NCBI GenBank assembly: GCA_041667185.1
Contig: JBAYFM010000003.1
Coordinates: forward strand, 16,962 to 80,961
DNA length: 64,000 nt
Direction: 5' to 3'
DNA from: Patescibacteria group bacterium
GTDB taxonomy: Bacteria; Patescibacteriota; Patescibacteriia; SG8-24
Positions 59,425 through 64,000 of this stretch are shown one piece after another. The number at the start of each line of letters is the position of its first letter. The stretch's first letter is position 1. The notes beneath the pieces were generated by a model, which made no database searches, was not told where the DNA came from, and saw only the letters and a program-made list of their open reading frames with translations. Both the position numbers and the translations under genes were made by a program.

Positions 59425-61398
59425 TCACTTCCTGCTGAAATACCACTCGTAAAAGCGCCGGGCCACGGCCGCGCCTATTTGCGAACCTTCGCCGCCCTCT
59501 TCGACGATCACGGTCACGACGATCTCCGGATTTTCGTAAGGCGCGAAGGACGTGAACCAGGCGTGGGTATTCTTGGTCTGGCTCCATTGGGCCGTGCCAG
59601 TCTTGGCCGCGACGGCCACAGGCAGCGCGGCGAGCGAGCGGGCGGATCCGGTCGTGACCGCTTGCCGGAGGCCGCGGCGGACGATGTTGATCGTCTGGGG
59701 GCTGACCACTTGGGCGTTGAGCAGTTTAGGTTCGACGACCTGGCGCGTGCCGTCGCTCGAGGTCACGGCGTTCACGAGGCGCGGCTGGAAAAGCTTGCCG
59801 CCGTTCGCAAAGACCGAAGTCATGGCGGTGATCTGCAGCGGCGTCACGAGGATGTCGCCCTGGCCGATGGCGAGATGATAGGTATCGCCGATGTACCACT
59901 GTTCGCCCTTGACCGTCTCTTTCCATTCCTTGGTCGGCAGGAAGCCGTCGCCTTCGCCGGCGAGGTCGAGTCCCAGCCGGTCGCCGAGGCCGAAACGCCG
60001 GGCGTAAGCGTTGATGCGATTGACGCCGAGGCCTTCGATTCGGTCGTAGCCGCCGCCGATGGCATAGAAGAAAGTGTTGACCGATTCGGCGAGCGCCTTG
60101 GCGACGTTGGTCGGTCCGTGGCCGCCGGCTTTCCAGTCCGGAAAATACCATTTGTCGATGCGGATGCCGCCGGTCGACAGCACGGTCGTGTTGGCGGTGA
60201 TGAGTTTCTCTTCGAGAGCGGCCGCGGCGATGACCAGTTTGAAGACCGAACCTGACGGCAGGGACGCGGCGATGGCACGGCTGAACATCGGATTGTCGGT
60301 GTCGCCGGCCAGAGCGCGGTAGTCTTCGGTCGAGATGCCGCTCGCAAACTTGTTGTTGTCGAAAGCCGGGAGGCTGACGAGCGCCAGGAGTTCGCCGGTG
60401 CGCGGATCGAGCGCGATCAGGCTGCCGCGGGTCTTGTGCCAGGCTTTCATCTCGGAGACGAGGATGTTCTCGGCTTCCCGCTGAACCTCGAGATCGAGCG
60501 AGAGCACCAGATTGCTGCCCGGAGCGCCGGCGTCTTCCGCGACCACTTCGCGCGAGCGGCGCAGAGCATCCACCTCGATCGTCCGTCGGGACGGCTGACC
60601 GCTCATGACCGCGTCATAGGATCTCTCTAGGCCGCTTTTGCCCACCAGATCAGGAGTGAAAGCGCCGGTCTGGGAGCTTAATTCGGCAGTCGTCGGCCGC
60701 CCCTGATAGCCGAGAACGTGCGCCAGTGATGAAGCGCCGGTCGCCGCCAGGTAATCGCGCCGCGTGCCAATCTTGAGCTGCAGGGCGGGTTGAGAGCCGG
60801 CCTCGATCTCGATCTTAACCGCTTGTTCGTGCGTTAGATGCTCGGCGATCACGACTTGGCCCAGCGACGAAGCGCCGCGTTCGGCGAGCCGTTCCTCGAT
60901 TTCGACCGGGCCGATCCCCAGGATTTCCGCCAGTTGAAGGACCAGGTCGCGCCTGGCTTCCTGGTCGGCCGGCAGGTCGGCCGGAGTGATGGTCACGGAC
61001 AGATCCGGAACGTTCTTGACGAGCGGCGAGCCGTTGCGGTCGTAGATGATCCCCCGCTCCGCCGCCGACCATTCGGTGCGGATGCGGTTGCCTTCGGCGC
61101 GTTCGCGGTACTTCGCGCCGCTGGCGAGTTGGAGCTGCGCCGACCGGAGCACGATAGCCGCGAGGCTGGCGAGCAGGATCATAAAGATCAGCAGGATCTT
61201 TCGTGGCGGCACGGTAAGCCCTAGATAATTGCCGGTTATGGCGAGCTCGTCGCTGGAGCCGGCGCTGACGTCGGTCGGCATATCATCAATTGCGGTCTTG
61301 CTGCCGGCTCCGGTCAAATTCAAGGACGCTCCGGTCTCGTAGTCCGGGAACGGATTGTTGATCTGCGGCTGTGGCATGTTGGATCCGAAGAAGTTCAT
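59425..61398 (-). CDS. mrdA: Penicillin-binding protein 2
   Basis: RGIIYDRNG, SVFK (SxxK), SVN (SxN), KTG; follows mreD. Confidence 0.95.
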   Translation of the reverse strand: MNFFGSNMPQPQINNPFPDYETGASLNLTGAGSKTAIDDMPTDVSAGSSDELAITGNYLGLTVPPRKILLIFMILLASLAAIVLRSAQLQLASGAKYRERAEGNRIRTEWSAAERGIIYDRNGSPLVKNVPDLSVTITPADLPADQEARRDLVLQLAEILGIGPVEIEERLAERGASSLGQVVIAEHLTHEQAVKIEIEAGSQPALQLKIGTRRDYLAATGASSLAHVLGYQGRPTTAELSSQTGAFTPDLVGKSGLERSYDAVMSGQPSRRTIEVDALRRSREVVAEDAGAPGSNLVLSLDLEVQREAENILVSEMKAWHKTRGSLIALDPRTGELLALVSLPAFDNNKFASGISTEDYRALAGDTDNPMFSRAIAASLPSGSVFKLVIAAAALEEKLITANTTVLSTGGIRIDKWYFPDWKAGGHGPTNVAKALAESVNTFFYAIGGGYDRIEGLGVNRINAYARRFGLGDRLGLDLAGEGDGFLPTKEWKETVKGEQWYIGDTYHLAIGQGDILVTPLQITAMTSVFANGGKLFQPRLVNAVTSSDGTRQVVEPKLLNAQVVSPQTINIVRRGLRQAVTTGSARSLAALPVAVAAKTGTAQWSQTKNTHAWFTSFAPYENPEIVVTVIVEEGGEGSQIGAAVARRFYEWYFSRK

Positions 61399-61922
61399 GT
61401 TGCGCGGCGGAAACGGTTGAGGAAAAAACGGCCGGTCCTTCTGGCTAGGAACATCAGGACGAGCGCGGCGGCGAGCTGGACGGCGAGATCGGCCGCGAAC
61501 CAGCCAAGCCAGTCCGTCCAGGCCTGGTCGGCTAACCTTAGGATGCCGGGCCAGCCCGCGGCGAGGCCGATCAGTGTGAAGATCAGGCGGCTCGCGAGAT
61601 AGGTCAGAGCGTTCAGCGCGGCGAACGACAGGTAGGACAGGTTCGTGAAGATCAGGTTGAAAGCCAGGATCGTGGCGAGGATCGCGGTTGTCCGCGCGAA
61701 AATTTCAGCTCCCGGCGGAGCGGCGAGCAGGATGTCCAGGATGAAGCCGGAGATTACGGCGACGGCCAGAGCCTGGCGATTTCGAAAATTCGCGACCAAC
61801 CCGACCGCGAGGATTAGTGTCGGGTCGGCGGTCGACCAGGGCGGCGGCAAGAACGCACTCCCGGTGGTTTGTGCCAGGGTGAGGATCGGCACGCCGATGA
61901 TCAGCAGATACCAGGCAGACAT
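61395..61922 (-). CDS. mreD: Rod shape-determining protein MreD (divergent)
   Basis: Hydrophobic, GFILD motif, lies between mreC and mrdA. Confidence 0.7.
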   Translation of the reverse strand: MSAWYLLIIGVPILTLAQTTGSAFLPPPWSTADPTLILAVGLVANFRNRQALAVAVISGFILDILLAAPPGAEIFARTTAILATILAFNLIFTNLSYLSFAALNALTYLASRLIFTLIGLAAGWPGILRLADQAWTDWLGWFAADLAVQLAAALVLMFLARRTGRFFLNRFRRAT

Positions 61923-61932
61923 AGCGCGGGCG

Positions 61933-62745
61933 TCACTCGGCCGCGTCCAGCTCGACCTGGACAATGAGCGGATGCAGAGCAGCGCGGACCGGCGCGATCT
62001 CGGCGGACTGGAACGGATCTTGGGCGTTGCGGCTCACGCGTTCGACGGTGCCGACCAGCAGGCCGCGGCGGATGCCGGACTCGAGGCCCGAGGTCACGAT
62101 TGTGTCGCCCGGCAGGACCTTTTCGGTGTCCGGGATCAGATTGATAGCGAGTCCGAGTCCGCGGTCGCCTTCGAGGACGCCGAGAGTGTTCGCGGTATTC
62201 TGGATCGCGACGGCGACCCGGCTCTGGCTCGCGGTGAGCGGCAGGACGAGCGCGGTGGCGCGGCGGACGGCGGCGATCTTGCCGACGAGGATCCCGTCAT
62301 GCGTCACGACCGCCTGGCCGTTTCTGAGGTCGTGATCCGAGCCGCGATCGATGACCAGGTAGCGGGTGAAGCCGTCGTCATGTTCATAGATGACCCGGGC
62401 AGCGAGCAGTTCGGCGGCGGCGCCATCGCGGTAATCCAGGGCCTCGCGCAATTCCCGAGCTTCTTCGGCAGCGGTCCGGAGGCGCGAGAGTTCAAGCTGC
62501 AAGGCCTCGAGTTCTTCCGGCGTCGCGGTCCGGGTCAGCGCGGCATCATCGGCCGACGAACGCAGGGAACCGAGCCAGCCGGTCGAAGCGGAACGCACGG
62601 CGTTGGCCGGGACGGACAAAAGTTTCGAGGTTGTTCCGATAGCGCCGTCAAGCCAGCCCAGGCCGTACAAAGCGAAAAGCAGCGCGCCGGCGGCGAGCAA
62701 CAGCCAGAGCTTGTTCCGGTTGCGGTTGTTGGTGGGCCTTCTCAT
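61933..62745 (-). CDS. mreC: Rod shape-determining protein MreC
   Basis: IDRGS, GILVGK, GDTIVTSGL. Confidence 0.92.
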   Translation of the reverse strand: MRRPTNNRNRNKLWLLLAAGALLFALYGLGWLDGAIGTTSKLLSVPANAVRSASTGWLGSLRSSADDAALTRTATPEELEALQLELSRLRTAAEEARELREALDYRDGAAAELLAARVIYEHDDGFTRYLVIDRGSDHDLRNGQAVVTHDGILVGKIAAVRRATALVLPLTASQSRVAVAIQNTANTLGVLEGDRGLGLAINLIPDTEKVLPGDTIVTSGLESGIRRGLLVGTVERVSRNAQDPFQSAEIAPVRAALHPLIVQVELDAAE

Positions 62746-62816
62746 ATTCAAAGCGGACACGACGCCGTTCGTGTCCGATCATTCGGCCGTCTTATTCCTG
62801 ATAAATTAGGCAAAAT

Positions 62817-63875
62817 CTAGCGTTTGTTGTTCTCGGCTTCCTGCGAGGATGGTAGCGCGATATCCCGGAGCAGTTCAGGATTGTCGAGCAGGATGCCGGT
62901 GCCGCGCACGACGCAAGTCAGCGGATCGTCGGCGACCCGGACCGGAATCTCGGCGGCCTTGGAGATGACCGAGTCGAGCGCCCGGAGCAGCGCGCCGCCG
63001 CCGGTCATGACGATCCCCCGCTCGTAGATGTCCGCGACCAGTTCCGGCGGCGTGACCTCGAGCGTGGATTTGATGTTCTCGACCATGGTCCGCACCGATT
63101 TGGCGAGCGCTTCGCGGATCTGTTCGTCGGTGACGATGATCTCGCGCGGCAGGCCGGTGATCATGTCGCGGCCGCGCATCTCCATCTGCATGGGCTCGCC
63201 GGTGTCGGCGGCCGAACCGATCTTCATCTTGATGTTCTCCGCCACTTTTTCGCCGAGGAGCAGGTTGAAATTCTCGCGGGCGTACTGGACGATGTTCTTG
63301 TTCAGGACCTCGCCGGCGATCGGCAGGGACTTCCAGGTGACGACGCCGCCGAGCGAGATCACGGCGATCTCGGTGGTGCCGCCGCCGATGTCGATGACCA
63401 TATTGCCGACCGGTTCCGTGATCGGGAGACGTGCTCCGATGGCGGCGGCCATGGGTTCCTCGACGAGAAAGACCTCGCGGGCGCCGGCGTTGAGCGCCGC
63501 GTCCTCGACGGCTTTGCGTTCGACTTCGGTGAGATCGAGCGGCACGCCAATGATGATGCGCGGCCGCGGCGCGAATAGGAAGGAATTCGAGTTGATCTTC
63601 TCGATGAAGTAACGCAGCATTTTTTCCGTGACCTCGAAGTCGGAGATGATGCCAGCGACGAGCGGTTTCACGGTCGCGATATGCGCTGGCGTCTTACCGA
63701 TCATGTCCTTGGCGGCGTTGCCGACCGCGAGGATCTGTCCGGTCCGGGTGTTCACGGCGACGACCGACGGTTCATTGGCAACGATGCCCTTGTCCTTGCA
63801 ATAGACGAGAGTGTTGGCGGTTCCGAGGTCGATGCCCAGGTCAGTCGAGAATTTTCCGAAAAAACTGTTGAACAT
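62817..63875 (-). CDS. mreB: Rod shape-determining protein MreB
   Basis: GIDLGTANT, EEPMAAAIGA, DIGGGTTE, TGGGALL. Confidence 0.98.
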   Translation of the reverse strand: MFNSFFGKFSTDLGIDLGTANTLVYCKDKGIVANEPSVVAVNTRTGQILAVGNAAKDMIGKTPAHIATVKPLVAGIISDFEVTEKMLRYFIEKINSNSFLFAPRPRIIIGVPLDLTEVERKAVEDAALNAGAREVFLVEEPMAAAIGARLPITEPVGNMVIDIGGGTTEIAVISLGGVVTWKSLPIAGEVLNKNIVQYARENFNLLLGEKVAENIKMKIGSAADTGEPMQMEMRGRDMITGLPREIIVTDEQIREALAKSVRTMVENIKSTLEVTPPELVADIYERGIVMTGGGALLRALDSVISKAAEIPVRVADDPLTCVVRGTGILLDNPELLRDIALPSSQEAENNKR

Positions 63876-64000
63876 TTTGCGTGTTCATTAGGCTTGAAGC
63901 CATTTTCGATCCGCAGGCAGTATAGCCGCCCGGACGCAATGGCGCAAGACCGGCTTCAGGCCTGAGCTTGCCCTAAAACGACGCGATGATCAGCGGCGGA

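Overview
High-GC chromosomal segment, standard genetic code (TGA and TAG both used as stops). It most likely comes from a Patescibacteria/CPR bacterium; this is inferred from RpoA lacking the alpha-CTD, a short AlaRS, a VirD4-like ATPase pair, LxGAGC lipoboxes and SD-less core genes. Contents: secA end, secD (with inserted parvulin domains)-secF, a VirD4-like ATPase/protease cluster, mnmA, alaS, infA-rpmJ-alpha operon-rplM-rpsI, a surface glycan cluster, def-fmt, lexA, clpB with CIRCE, gltX, ftsH, ftsQ, ddl, alr, serS, lysS, greA and mreBCD-mrdA, with stand-alone accessory genes interspersed. No CRISPR array, rRNA, tRNA or intact mobile element was seen. Main observations: (1) a candidate ~280-nt ncRNA of two tandem multibranch units with a conserved ~50-nt hairpin core (973-1252); (2) two gene-expression styles, with core genes SD-less or near-leaderless and accessory genes carrying their own sigma70 promoter, often a boxA-like motif, a strong SD and often a terminator; (3) a dif-like site where gene orientation switches; (4) a beta-barrel-like protein paired with a metalloprotease lipoprotein; (5) a gene split by a single in-frame TAG. 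All calls were made by eye, without database searches.
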